Of a stretch of 64,000 bases of DNA, positions 12,164-26,650 are shown one piece after another. Under the pieces are notes generated by a model, which saw only the letters and a list, made by a program, of their open reading frames with translations, ran no database searches and was not told the origin of the DNA. The stretch lies in the NCBI GenBank assembly GCA_951406725.2, contig OX597815.1, positions 26,412,001 through 26,476,000 on the forward strand, given 5' to 3'. A program made the translations under genes and the position numbers. The DNA comes from Octopus vulgaris (taxonomy: Eukaryota). Each line of letters begins with the position of its first letter. Position 1 is the stretch's first letter.

Positions 12164-13192
12164 CGAAACAAGCATGATAAGGAAAGAAAAGGAACTAAAG
12201 ATCTAAATATATTTAGACAAATAAAACACTGGGTGGAAAAATCGTAAAAATTTCAACAAAATTTAACTACCAAGAGGTTTGTGCTATGAAAATAAATGCG
12301 CTAAGGAAAAAGAAATTAAAGGACGGGATCTAACGTTTCGGATTAAATCTTTTATCAAAAAGAGGAGGAGAAATTAAATGAAACGGTATCAATTTCCAGA
12401 CATCTGTATACGTTGACGATTCATGTGTGTATGTGTGTACGCATACGTGTGCATTTGTGTGTTGGGGGAGTGTATGTTTGTGTGCGCGCATTTGTTTTCA
12501 TGGCAACAAACTTTAAAAAAGGATTCGATACAGGAATATAGTATGAACGTTTTTTTGTTTTCTTTTAGTCAGTAAGATAGGACCAGACCTGACGGGAATT
12601 CTAGGTTTCGTCAGGGACATTGAAACAGCAACCATAATTGAAGAAGTTTAGTTTTCTGATTGATCAACACTAGCCTCACATTGGCGTGATGATGTACGTC
12701 CCCGTTGATATATTACTAGGGTAGGTTAAAAGAGGTCAGTCTCGTGGGTTAAAATAATGAAAAAAACGAAATAATTACTTTGAATGGAAGCATAAATGAA
12801 CGAAGTACAAGGAGGGTTAAAGGGAGATAAGCTGTGCTGTCAGTAAACCTAGAAGAGTATCATTGTGCATTTGCTCACGTATGCTTTCTTCCCCTCGGCA
12901 TATTAATATATGAGATGAAATAAGAGAACGCGGCATAAATAAACATATAAAACGAATAATATATATATAATATATAAATGTGACACGTCGTGAAACCATG
13001 GTAAGAACGCATACGCACACACGCACACGTATGTGTATGTATATATTCTTATCCCAGTCAGTGCACGCGGCCGTGCCGGAGCACAACGATGAAGGGTTTT
13101 AGTGGATTATAGTGCCTCTAGTTATTTATTTCGGTCCGATACAGACGTATTTTATCTATATCTTTCGAGTGGCAATATCGTGTCAATGTCTA

Positions 13193-13550
13193 AGGCGGTG
13201 AACTGGCAGAATCGTTAGCACGCCGGGCGAAATGCCTAGCGGTATTTCGTCTGTCGTTACGTTCTGAGTTCAAATTCCGCCGAGGTCGACTTTGCCTTTC
13301 ATCCTTTCGGGGTCGATAAATTAAGTACCAGTTACGCACTGGGGTCGATGTAATCGACTTAATCCCTTTGTCTGTCCTTGTTTGTCCCCTCTGTGTTTAG
13401 CCCCTTGTGGGTAGTAAAGAAATAGGTATTTTGTCCGTCTTTACGTTCTGAATTTGAATGCCACCGAGGACGACTTTGCCCTTCATCAATTAGGGATCGA
13501 TAAAAATAAGTACCAGTTGAGCACTGGGGTCGATATAATCTACTAAGCCC
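13193..13550 (+). mobile_element. SINE family A, nested or tandem pair
   Basis: A full copy ending aaagaaata runs directly into ggtattttgtccgtctttacgttctg and a second core. Confidence 0.9.
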
Positions 13551-15381
13551 CTAAGCGCGCCTGTATGTGTACACATACATATATATACGCATACGCATGC
13601 ACATACACATACTCACACACATACATCATGCATTCTTACGTGCACCTATATAGACATAGATATTTGTGTGTGTGTATGTGCGTGTGTGTTTTCGTGCATG
13701 TGTCGGTGTGCATGAGTGTGCATATGTCTGTGTGCATGTGTGTGTGCATCTATGTAGGCGTAGTTCTTTATTTTTCTTCCTGCGTTCTTTATGCGTGTGA
13801 GTGTGTGTTATTGTGTGTGCGTAAAAGAGTGTATGGTGTATGTGTGTATGTGTATGTGTATATGTATATACACATCACAGAGACATACACGCGCTCGTGC
13901 AACGATCTTCCGACAGTTTCCCCTCTGTATTGGCCAACGCTAGAAGTCCCTATCGTGCCGAGTATTGGGATCGATCTCAGAACCACAGGGATACAAAATG
14001 AACTCCTTCAACATGCATTCTTACATGCACCTACATAGACATATACATCTGTGTGTGTGTGTGTGCGTGTGTACGAGCTTGCGTGTGTATGTGTGTGTGT
14101 GTGTGCGCGCTATGCATGTATCTGTGTGCATGTGTGTGTGTGTGTGTATTATGTGTGTGTGTGTGCGTGTGCTTCTATGTAGGCATAGCTCTTTCCTTTT
14201 CTTTCCTCTCGCGTTCTTTATGTCTGTTATTTATATATCCTCTTCTCCTTCACCTCCTCCTCTACCTCCTCTTCACTAGTTTTCCTTTCTCATCCCAATC
14301 CGATTTTTATTGTCCATGATTTACATTACATCTTAATGCCCCCCCCCCTCTCTGTATCTCTCTACCTATCTACCTTCCTCTCTCTCTTTTTCTTATGTTC
14401 CCTTCTTTCACTTTGTTCTTTGTTTCCCCTCTCACTTTTCTTCTTTCTTTTGCGCGTGTATCAATCTTCGCTTTACTCTCTCTCTCTCAATGTTTGCACC
14501 CCGCTTATTTTTTTTTTATACCCATTCTTTGTCCTTCCTAATATTCTCATTTAATCTGCATTTCATCTCACCTACATTCACTTACTTTCTATAATCTGCC
14601 TGTTTCTCTCTGTCTTTTCTTTGCGAAAACACTCACAAACTAAAACACACTTTCGCAGCATACACAGCCATGATTATTCACGCACACACGCACACACAAA
14701 CACACGCACACACAAACACACACGCACACGCACATGCACACTCACGCACACATTCACACTTACACGTCCACACGCGCCTCTTTTCTTCTCTCAACCATCA
14801 TCTCGTTTTGCGTTGGTTGTCGTTCACCGCGTGGACGGCTCAGACCGACCATTTGTAGACACAGGAATCAGCCTGCGTGCTTTTGATTTGTGTAATATAT
14901 CTTTTAACAGTTTAATTAGAAAGAAATGTGAGAGTCACAGCTTTCAAGAAGTTGGTGAAATATTGCATTCCAGGTTTGAACTGGGTCGCTTCAATATATG
15001 TTGTTTGTGTGTGTGTGTGTGTTTGTGTAACTTTATAGAAGTGCTTTGCTTGTGCATTTACGTGAGCGTGTGTGTGCGTTTGTGCGTGTATATTTTTATA
15101 GCCTTTATACGCTTTGTGCGTGTATACTTTTATGCCAGTGTGTGTATGTGTATGTGCGCGCGCATGTGTGCATATCTTCTGTGCTTGCTATATGTATGCT
15201 TAGTTTTATGTTTTTATGTGTAAGGCTATACATATATGCAGGCACGCGCCATTTTCTATGTATATGTTTATATCAGTCAGGACATAAACATCGTGTGTGC
15301 ATGTATGACTGCTTATGTACAAATTTTTTCTTCCTATGCATTTACTTTTGCGTGTGTGCAGGCTTGCGTATATATATATGT

Positions 15382-15436
<55 letters not shown>

Positions 15437-15437
<1 letters not shown>

Positions 15438-15599
15438 GCGCAGGAGTGGCTGTGTGGTAAGTAGCTTGCTTACCAACCACATGGTTCTGGGTTCAGTCCC
15501 ACTACGTGGCACCTTGGACAAGTGTCTTCTTCTATAGCCTCGGGCCGACCAAAGCCTTGTGAGTGGATTTGGTTGATGGAAACTGAAAGAAGCCCGTCG

Positions 15600-15690
<91 letters not shown>

Positions 15691-15842
15691 CCAACATCCT
15701 TTGACAACCGATGCTGGTGTGTTTAAGTTCCCGTAACTTAGCGGTTCGGCAAAAGAGACCGATACAATAAGTACAAGGCTTACAAAGATTTGCTCGACTA
15801 AAGGCGGTGCTCCAGCATGACTGAAATGACTGAAACAAGTAA
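15437..15842 (+). mobile_element. SINE family B
   Basis: ggcgcaggagtggctgtgtggtaagtagcttgcttaccaaccacatggttctgggttcagtccc..; internal (TA)n(TG)n. Confidence 0.92.
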
Positions 15843-16089
15843 TATGCGCGTGCATGTGAATTTGCACATGTGAATATATGTTCTACAAAGTTTCCAGTTG
15901 ATTATATCACTGCACATTATAATACGCATGCGAATGAATGTATACGTACAGTCAAACATACACACACACACATATATATACATATGTATCAATGCATGTA
16001 TGTATGTTTGTGTGTGTATATATTTATATATATATATATATGTATATGTATGCATGTAGGTATGTATATATATAGTATAGATATATATA

Positions 16090-16120
<31 letters not shown>

Positions 16121-16243
16121 TATATCTAATTCTCTACCCTTATTAATTAATTATATATATATATATATAGCTTGTGTGTATATTCATATATATGCACATA
16201 TGTATGTAATATATGTATATATTTAAGTGTAAATATACACATA

Positions 16244-16719
<476 letters not shown>

Positions 16720-17009
16720 TTCCTACATTTTATCTTGTACTCGCTGCAGTCATTAGACTGCGGCTATGCTGGGGCACCGCCTTGAAGAATATTTTGTCGA
16801 GTGAATCGACCCAGGATGTCCCTGAATGAGCTATCTATTTCAGTGAAATCGGATAATTGTAATAAAAACTCACTTTTATTTATGTTTATAATTTTATATT
16901 TTTTATATTTTTTGTATAATTTTATTTTCATTCCTGTTGGATCTCCTTCATCTTTCACAACAGCATTTTTTCAATTTGGCTCCAATCTTTTTGTCTACTT
17001 CAATCCCTG

Positions 17010-17261
17010 AGATGGCGCAATAGCTTAGCTGAGCTTAAAGAACACATTTAGTTAGCAAAGCAGGAGGTAACTCCTGAAATGCTGCAAAATGTGTTTCGCA
17101 AAGCAAAGGATAGATTTGAAAATTGCAGGAATACAAACGGAGCACATGTTGAAAAATTTCAATAAAAATTTGACGTAAGATTTATACACCTATTTGTTTT
17201 GGTATCATATTTATTTTTCAATATGCCTGATTTCATTGAAATAGATAGTTAATTCTGGGAC

Positions 17262-17268
<7 letters not shown>
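17010..17268 (+). mobile_element. Tc1/mariner-superfamily fossil: transposase C-terminus and right end
   Basis: Translates RNSLAELKEHI*LAKQEVTPEMLQNVFRKAKDRFENCRNTNGAHVEKFQ*, a typical L..L...I / R...C....G.H.E tail. Ends ctgggacaccctata into a TA run. Confidence 0.7.
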
Positions 17269-17332
<64 letters not shown>

Positions 17333-17409
17333 TGACGCGAATACAGAAAGCCGTCGTTCAGTGATCAGGATTTAGCTGTTCGTTCAACTGAATAAGTAAC
17401 TTCTGTATA

Positions 17410-17606
17410 TTCTTTTCTACTATAGGAACAATGCCAAAAATTTTTATAAAAGGGGTTAGTTGATTGCATTGACCCTAGTACTTATTTTATCGATCTGAAA
17501 AGAATGAAAGGCAAAGTCGACCTCGGCGGAATTTGAACAAAGACGGACGTAACGCCGCTAAGTATTTTGCCCGGCGTGCTAACGACTCTGCCAGCCCGCC
17601 GCCTTA
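17410..17606 (-). mobile_element. SINE family A
   Basis: gaaaggcaaagtcgacctcggcggaatttgaac..ctgccagcccgccgcctt. Confidence 0.85.
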
Positions 17607-17675
17607 AGAAACTTCTTAATATTAACGTGTAAGTGACTGACCATTTCACAGACCTATGTACTCTTGGCGTAATTC

Positions 17676-17990
17676 TCAAGTAGAATCAGTGTGACACAGG
17701 TGGAAGTCGAAAGACGCTAGATCCAGGTTGTACAGTGGATAGTAGCCCACTGCCCAACTCAGTTTGCCAACTGTCACATTTTTTGCCCGAGATGAGTGTC
17801 GTCGCGCATTGTCATCGCGAATGGGACTCATCGTCAGGTTTGGTCTCTTCCCGCTAATAGCTTCTCTAAATATTTCGAGTATCTCAATGTTCACGACACA
17901 ACCGCATTCTAGAAAATCAAAGAGACTGACGCCCTTGTCATCTCTCAATACATTCACCATGACTTTACGTACCAATCGCTGGCTCTTGAG
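17676..17990 (-). pseudogene. Mariner transposase catalytic-domain fossil
   Basis: ORF 17676-17975 contains KVMV..DDKGV, KRP, DDNARRH and YPLYNLDLASFDFHL, which are degenerate HDNARPH and HPPYSPDLAPSDFHL motifs. Confidence 0.85.
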
Positions 17991-18909
17991 GTGTGACGCC
18001 GTTCCGTTTTCGTATCATAAAAATACGTCCACGTTTTATCTCCCGTCACCAAATCGTCAAAATGTGCCTTTACTGACTTCAAAAGCCATTCAAATTTCAA
18101 GGAATTACCATATTTCGACGCATTTAAGTTTTTGATCTTGATTTTTATTTTTATTTTTTCTCGTGCTTATATATCATGGTGATATTTCACTTCGTCAATC
18201 GCTTGAATAATCAACAACGTGAAACTCCGAGTAACGATTCGATCCAAGAAGCTTCAGTTTATAATACAGTATGCGTACATATGTGTGCGTGAGCGCGTGA
18301 ACATCTCCTATAACTATTTATAGCACATATATCGTAAGCTCAGTTTGGATATCGGTTCGAGTTATTTTCATAGTGAATTCGAATGTAAATTTGTCATAAA
18401 TATTTCATCATTTTTTATTTGTGAAAAATTGATAACGGTTTACGTTTTTTGCGATCTCTTAATGTTGAAAACTAATGTAATAAATAGTTACTTTTGACTA
18501 TAGACACAAGACCATTTTTCTTATTTATTTATTTATTTATATATATATTTATTTTAAGAAAAGAGAAATGAAGATATTGTGTCGTTTATTCAGTATACAA
18601 GAGCACCATTTTTAATTCCTAGTACTTATTTCAGCCTGATATTAAATTTATTGGTCTCTAATTATCGAAATGTTCAGTTAAGATTTTCTTTTTCATATAA
18701 AGAGACCTTGTAGCGGTATACTCTGGTACAAAAACATACGAAAAACACACCATACACAAACATTGACGAACATACCAAAACGCGCGAGCACACACACACA
18801 CATACACACATACACACACACATACACACATACACAAACATATGTACAGAGAGAGAGTACACACACACACGTACAGAGATAGAGAGAGAGTCATATTATT
18901 CGATAACCG

Positions 18910-19070
18910 ATCATTTCTAGGGTTTCTACAGATTTTGTATTCACCAGATTCTGTTCACAAGACATTGGTAGTCTTGATGCTACAGTAGAAGACACATCAC
19001 GTTACCACGCAGTGGGAACAGATTTGTTACCAAATAGCTGGGAAAGGAAGTGCTGTCCACATAGCTATAC
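18910..19070 (-). mobile_element. SINE family B, old fragment
   Basis: tcacaagacattggt..acagtagaagacac..ccacgcagtgggaac. Confidence 0.6.
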
Positions 19071-19647
19071 CTGAACAGTTTGGGTGAATCCCTTTCATGA
19101 TGCACTACACGACATTAATTTTGGAACCTTTTATTATATTGACCCCTGCTTTACTCCCTATCTCTCCCACTTAAGCACGCGCATTCCGTAGTTTTCCCGC
19201 CCATTGTTTTCTCGATACATACAGGGGGTGATCCTACTTAAGTCACTGTGTCAGTCAATATGCGAGAATCTGCCTAAAAACTATACACCTCTGTAACAGC
19301 CCTCTTCTTTAATTACAGACAAACGAGTCAATAAGAGAGCTTCTATGGGGTTCTGTAGCCTGTTAGAGATAGCAATCAAATATCACTCTCAAAAGACACC
19401 CTTCCGTCTTAAAAATGAACGAAACGTTAGATAATGTTGACCTAAATATGCTGCTTCCAAAATAGCGGATGATTAGAGACTGTTCAACCAAGCTTGACTT
19501 GAGTCGAAATAAAAATTAGATCAACAACAACAACCACGACATCAACAATTCCAACAAAATTCGGTTCATTTAATTTATTCAATTTTCTGCTCTCTCATTG
19601 GTGGAAATATTTTTATTTCTGGGTATAATAAACAGAACTGACATATA

Positions 19648-20258
19648 TTCTTTCTACTCTAGGCACAAGGCCCGAAATTTTGGGGGAAGGAGCCAGTCGC
19701 AACTGGTACTTAATTTATCGACCCACCCACCCACCGAAAGGATAACGGCAAAGTCGACCTCGGCAGAATTTGAACTCAGAACGTAAAGACAGATGAAATA
19801 CCTATTTCTGTTTCTTTACTACCCACAAGGGGTTAAACACAGAGAGGACAAACAAGGACAGACAAACGGATTAAGTCGATTATATCGACCCCAGTGCGTA
19901 GCTGGTACTTATTTAATCGACCCCGAAAGAATGAAAGGCAAAGTCGACCTCGGCGGAATTTGAACTCAGAACGTAGCGACAGACGAAATACCGCTAAGCA
20001 TTTCTCCCGCCGTGCTAACATTTCTTATTTCTTTATTGCCCACAAGGGGCTAAACATAGAGGGGACAAACAAGGACAGACAAAGAGATTAAGTCGATTAC
20101 ATCGACCCCAGTGCGTAACTGGTACATAATTTATCGACCCCGAAAGGATGAAAGGCAAAGTCGACCTCAACGGAATTTGAACTTAGAACATAATGACAGA
20201 CGAAATACCGCTAAGCATTTCGCCCAGTATGCTAACGTTTCTGCCAGTTCACCGCCTT
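19648..20258 (-). mobile_element. Three head-to-tail family A SINE units
   Basis: Three aagtcgacctc..gaatttgaac cores at ~19750, ~19940 and ~20160. Confidence 0.92.
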
Positions 20259-20311
20259 AGAACCGACATATATTACAGAGTCACTCTAATATGTGATGTC
20301 TAGAGAGTATA

Positions 20312-20706
20312 CTCTCTTTACTCTTTACTTGTTTCAGTCATTTGACTGCGGCCATGCTGGAGCACCGCCTTTAGTCGAGCAACTCGACCCTGGGACTTAT
20401 TCTTTGTAAGCCCAGTACTTATTCTATCGGTCTCTTTTGCCGAACCGCTAAGTGACGGGGACGGACACACACCAGCATCGGTTGTCAAGCAATGCTACGG
20501 GGACAAACACAGACACACACATATATATACATATACATATATACGACAGGCTTCTTTCAGTTTCTGTCTACCAAATCCACTCACAAGGCTTTGGTCGGCC
20601 CGAGGCTATAGTAGAAGACACTTGCCCAAGATGCCACGCAGTGGGACTGAACCCGGAACCATGTGGTTGGTTAGCAAGCTACTTACCACGTCGCCACTCC
20701 CGCGCC
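20312..20706 (-). mobile_element. SINE family B
   Basis: Full-length reverse-complement copy. Confidence 0.92.
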
Positions 20707-23474
20707 TATGAATGAATATTTTGCAGATTTCTTTACGAATGTTGGCCTTGAGCTCAGTGAAAAGGAAAAGAAACAGAAAAAGACAATGTCGTAAATATAT
20801 AATTTCCCATTTCGATTCGTCGTTTTAAACTTGTATCAGAAGAAAACTTACTAGAGCTGTATTTTATTCTGTCAAACAGCTATTCTTTAAAATTATGTTG
20901 CTATTGTTTCCGTGTTTTCCTTTCTATTTGCTTTTCATCGCACATTTATAGATTGAATAACGTTTGTGGTTTATTGAATGTTGAGACATTTTTATACCGG
21001 CTATAGTCAATGTCTTATTTTCACGACACGTTATATGTGGCGATTTCTGTGGTTATTTTTGTAAAGACATTTTTGAAAATATATATTGTATAGTCTAGCT
21101 TTTGCCATTTTTACGTTATTTTTATGTTGAGTAGTTTTTGTAGCTCTTTATATCTGCCATTATCTATTTAAGAAATTTTAATTGAATACGATAATCTTTG
21201 AAAGATTTCTTTAAAACTGTTTATCATTATTATTATTGTCCTTTTAAAATATAATTTGTACGTCAAAGATTATATCTAAAAACTCAAAAGATCGATTTCT
21301 ACTCAGTATGAATTTTCTTTGATCTCTTAGTTTCAAACAGAAAAAGTTGTTTTCATGTTTGTGTCACTCTGACCTCTATTCATTCATTTATTTTCAATAT
21401 AATCAGTTGTCTTTAAGGTTTCATTCAACAAATGTTGTTTACCTTTGACTTCAACATTATAAATACCAGTTATAGTTGTTTTATGTTTGTTGTATTGTAT
21501 TGTTGTGGTGGTGGTCGTTGTTATTGTCAGTTTCCTGAAACAAAGATGTATGAGACATTGACTTCTAACTTTGGCACAATGCTACGAATTTAAAAGAAGA
21601 ATGTAGAGTTGATTAAATCAATACCGTACATTACTGGTACAAAATTTTCTGCCCCAGATAAACAAAAGGTAGGGCTGATTTTGATAGAATTTGAACTCGG
21701 AACATAGAATTCTATACTGTCTTTATTATGGAAGAAGGCTATTATAACAATGTTAGTGGGCATTACACGGTTCAGTATAATATTGCAGTGTAATGTAGTG
21801 TTGGGCAGACTATTGTATAGCAGTAATGTAAAAGTATAATATGGTGCAGTATTTTATATTGTATAAAGTAAAAAGTTTTATAGTAATGTGGATGTTAATG
21901 TATGTTTCACTGCAGAGTTGGTTATAGTTTTAGAGATATAGATGACAGTATAGGCATTGCTGGTGGCCAGACCACAATTATAACGAGCAATAACTCGCAG
22001 TAATTATTTTGTATTCTATTTTACCAGACTTCATGGTCTTATTTGACGATGTATAACGTTCGTTGGTAGATTTGTTAAAATGTTATATTTTTAACTTAGT
22101 TGTTTGGTCTATTTTTGATATTCGCCATTTTTTTTTTCTTTATCTGTGTGTTTGGAATACATATTCCAAAATATGAAAAATACGTTTTATCATTTACTTA
22201 TAAATGGAAAAATGCAAAAGATATTAAACAATTCCTTTGATATAACTACACTTTAATGTATTGCTTTGTTTTGTTTAGAAAAAATATTCGCAATGCTTTT
22301 AAGTTGTAGCTTCTCATACTTCTTAAACGATCGTTAAACGACACTATTTCATTTGTTATTTTTGTGTTAAAGTGTTTTAAGTCAGAGAGATCACAATTTG
22401 TAATAATATTCTTAATAGATTAAAAAATAACACGCACACACATCTAAGTTCTTTTGTAGTCTGTAATTCATACTATCATCTTTTTCTCCTTTAGCAATTC
22501 AAATACAATAATAAAGGGATTGCTTACTTTTTTTATGCCTATACATTATACAATAGACAATTCCTTATTCCAGATAATAAACAAGGATAGAGGAAAGTTC
22601 GTGGAGAATGTCTAAGCTCCTGGTGAGGTGATTTCTCTTTCTGGTTTTGATTCCTGATAGATGTTTCTCGTCACGGTTAAGATATCAGTTGTCAACCTGC
22701 TTACGCATCTGCCCATTTTTAACTCAATAAAATAAATATATAATTCAACTCACACTCGGAAAGCGTGGCTGAGAATATAGCCTGTGTATAGAGGCCCACC
22801 TACAAAGATCAGTAAGTGAGGGAATTATCGTCGGGAATTAATGTGAAGATTTAGGTGGGAGGGGTTCTGTAGTCGTCATAACTATAATTACAGAGATGAG
22901 ACAACTCTAATTATAGAGATAACTGAATGGCTTGGACTGCCTGTATAATTAATCATTTTACTTAGCAAAACAGCAGTGTTTAAAGGGAAGAGTGATTGCT
23001 TAAAAAGAGCATAATATATTACATTCAGTTCATCCAAAACCGGTGAAACAAATATCTGTAATACATCAGGATCGTTTCAATGGTTTACATGTTCCTTCTC
23101 GCTTTGAGAATTGGATTTGTGCCCAGTCAAAATAAACATCACATTTTTCAGTGTGCCTATAAAACAGTATAATCACAGCAACCACTGGTTTCAGGTTTGT
23201 TAAACGTTTTTTGATAATAGTTCCTCAGCTTATAGTTATCTAGAAAGTGCAGTTGAGCTTAGAAGTGATTAATGTCATTCGCATATCGGAGCTAACTTGA
23301 AAATTATTAAATAATTACCTTCGTATTAAACACATGGAAACTAAAACATTCTTAAATTGAAGTGAATTTATATTTTTGAAACAAGATTCAACTCGCAAGA
23401 AGGCTATACATCCAGATGTTTGAATATAATTTATTAAGCGGTTACAAACACAAAAAATAAAACTAAACATAATT

Positions 23475-23745
23475 ACCTAGGTCACCGAGTAGTTTTAAGT
23501 GGGTACTACAGACCAGGTCACCTAGCTCTTAAGTAGGTACCACACACACACACACACTGGTACACCTTGTAGCTTTTAGTACGTACTTGATATAGGTCAC
23601 CTAGCTCTAAATCGGTACTTTAAATTCGGTCACCTAGTAATTTTTTAGCAGCAACTTTGGAGTAGGTCAACTAGTGGTTTTAGGTACGTAGTATAGACAC
23701 TAGGTCACCTGGTTTTCAGTGGCTGTTCTGCAAAAGTCACCTCAG
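23475..23745. repeat. Degenerate minisatellite, about 8 units of ~33-43 bp, core (A)GGTCACCTAG
   Basis: Core recurs near 23479, 23516, 23559, 23595, 23628, 23665, 23702 and 23735. Confidence 0.75.
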
Positions 23746-23822
23746 AGATCAACGTGAATACTACTATGTACGTCATATAACTCTGAGGATGTGCTGCCAG
23801 TAATATAATACACCATTGATAT

Positions 23823-23996
23823 GGCGGCGAGCAGACAGGATCGTTAGCAAGCTGGACGTTCGAATTCCGTCGAGGTCGACCACGCCTTTCAACCTTTCAG
23901 AATCAGAAAATATGTACCAGTTGAACTCTAGGGTCGATGTAATTGACTTGCTCCCATCCCCGAAATTGCTGGTCTTGTACCAAAATTTTGAAGCCA
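23823..23996 (+). mobile_element. SINE family A, diverged
   Basis: ggcggcgagc..gttcgaattccgtcgaggtcgac..gtaccagttgaactctagggtcgatgtaat. Confidence 0.8.
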
Positions 23997-24429
23997 ATAT
24001 AATTCTCTGTGAGAAGTGTAACGTTGAATTTTTCAAGTGATGGTTTGAAATTTAAAGTCCTGTACCTGTCGTGAAAAAAGCTATATGCAATAGATCTTAA
24101 TAGATCCTATGCTATAAGAGATTTATATCTCATTCCCATTACACAACAGACACCGAAAATAAGCACCAAGCAAAGGGATTATTTTCTTTGGTAAAAGGAA
24201 AATGGATAAATTTATATCATTGCGGTAACAACAGCTGTCTTAATCTTTAACAACTTCATATTATTCGAAAACTAAATCACACCTATATAGGACAGTAGAC
24301 CAGACGCAATATGGATTTAAATGTTGTGATTCACATAATTCTTACTTTATGTAAGATTATTGAGATAAAAGAATAATAAACTCAGATTAACAACAACAAC
24401 AACACATATATACATGTGTGTGCGTGTGT

Positions 24430-24951
<522 letters not shown>

Positions 24952-25407
24952 TGTATGTATGTGTGTGTGTATATATATATATATATAATTATATGCGTAA
25001 CATATACATATACATACATACTTGTGAGTGTGTATATATGTGTGCGTGTGTGTGTGCGCGCGTGAGTGTACAGAAAGAAAGAGAGAGAGAGAGCAGAACA
25101 GGCTATATGATTACATGAACTATTTACAGCACCACTTTGGGATGGAAAATTATCCTAAGTTAACCGTGAATTACAATTTATCGAATGACTAATGGAAACA
25201 CACGTTCAATATAAATGATAGTAATAAATATAATTCCAGCAATCAACACCGTGATGCAGTTTCGATCGGTAGTGAGAGCCACCAGACCAACTTCGGTTAT
25301 TCATGCAAGAAAAGCACGAGCATAATATCATTTCATTGCATAACATCATTTCATTGTATGCATGTATGTACGTCTCTTCTATTTTTTAACAGACAGACAG
25401 ACAGATG

Positions 25408-25463
<56 letters not shown>

Positions 25464-25476
25464 TAGATAGATAGAT

Positions 25477-25555
<79 letters not shown>

Positions 25556-26371
25556 CGGGTAGCTATTTTGATGAGTTTCTCATCCCATCAAGGCCACAGC
25601 CATTTGTGGAACCAGTAATGTGTGTGTGCGTGTGTAAGTATGAGCATGTATGTGTGTATGTATGTATACTTGTGTGTGCATGTGTGTGAGTGTGTCTGTG
25701 TGTGTGTGTTTGGAGTTACTTTGTCGCTTAAGTCATGTCAACTGAAGTAATTTAATTATGTTTAATCAACTTGAGGCTTTGTGTTAAAAATGTTAACAAC
25801 TATTTCTATTAAGTCTACAATATAATTACCAGTTTTCTGTTTTATGTTGACTTGTTGTTGTTTTACTATTATTATTGATATTGTTGTTGTTACTATTGCT
25901 GTCGTTGTCGTTGATAAATGTCGTGAGTGGTTGCCGTGTCTATTGTTAATTTAATACAATGGTACATACACACAAACACGCTCTAACTAGTAGAGTTGTG
26001 TCAAAACCAACATCAAAACTAACAGTTTGTTGTTACGTAAAAAGTTTTTAATTAAACCAATACTGATGTAACTGACCGATGTAATTCTTCGTTATTTTTC
26101 CTAACAGCTAATGTTCTACTCGATCGATATATTATGTAACAAATGACACAACTTTGAAGACTTTTGACAAGTAAGATCGTCATATACTTCACGATCATTA
26201 TGTCAGTGTATCATTACGGTCAAATTTTCGTAGTTGTTTTATTTATCTGTAAATAATGGCCGCCAAGAAATAGTATGCAAAGTCTTGGCAAGCTGAATCT
26301 GTAGTTGTGTTTCGATGTACATTTACTGTTATTTCTGCTTTCTTACATAACTAAACTCCTTGGAATAATAT

Positions 26372-26650
26372 ATTTCTTTACTGCCCACAAGGAGCTAAAC
26401 ATAGAGGGGACAAACAAGGACAGACAAAGGTACTGCCCACAAGGGGCTAAACATAGAGGGGACAAACATGGACAGACAAAGGGATTAAGTCGATTACATC
26501 GACCCCAGTGCGAAACTGGTATTTATTTATCGACTCCGAAAAGATGAAAGGCAAAGTCGACCTCGGCGGAATTTGAACTCAGAACGTAACGACAGACGAA
26601 ATACCGCTAAGCATTTCGCCCGGCGCGCTAACGTTTCTGTCAGCTCGCCT
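26372..26650 (-). mobile_element. SINE family A with a ~51-bp internal tail duplication
   Basis: tactgcccacaagg.gctaaacatagaggggacaaaca.ggacagacaaagg occurs twice. Confidence 0.9.

Noticed and set aside
22574-22622. Possible small exon (ttccag..ctg|gtgagg)
   Set aside because: The splice-like motifs are short and common, and there is no coding homology.
23475-23745. CRISPR-like repeat-spacer appearance
   Set aside because: The core is only ~10 bp and degenerate, the spacers resemble each other, the context is eukaryotic, and there are no cas genes.
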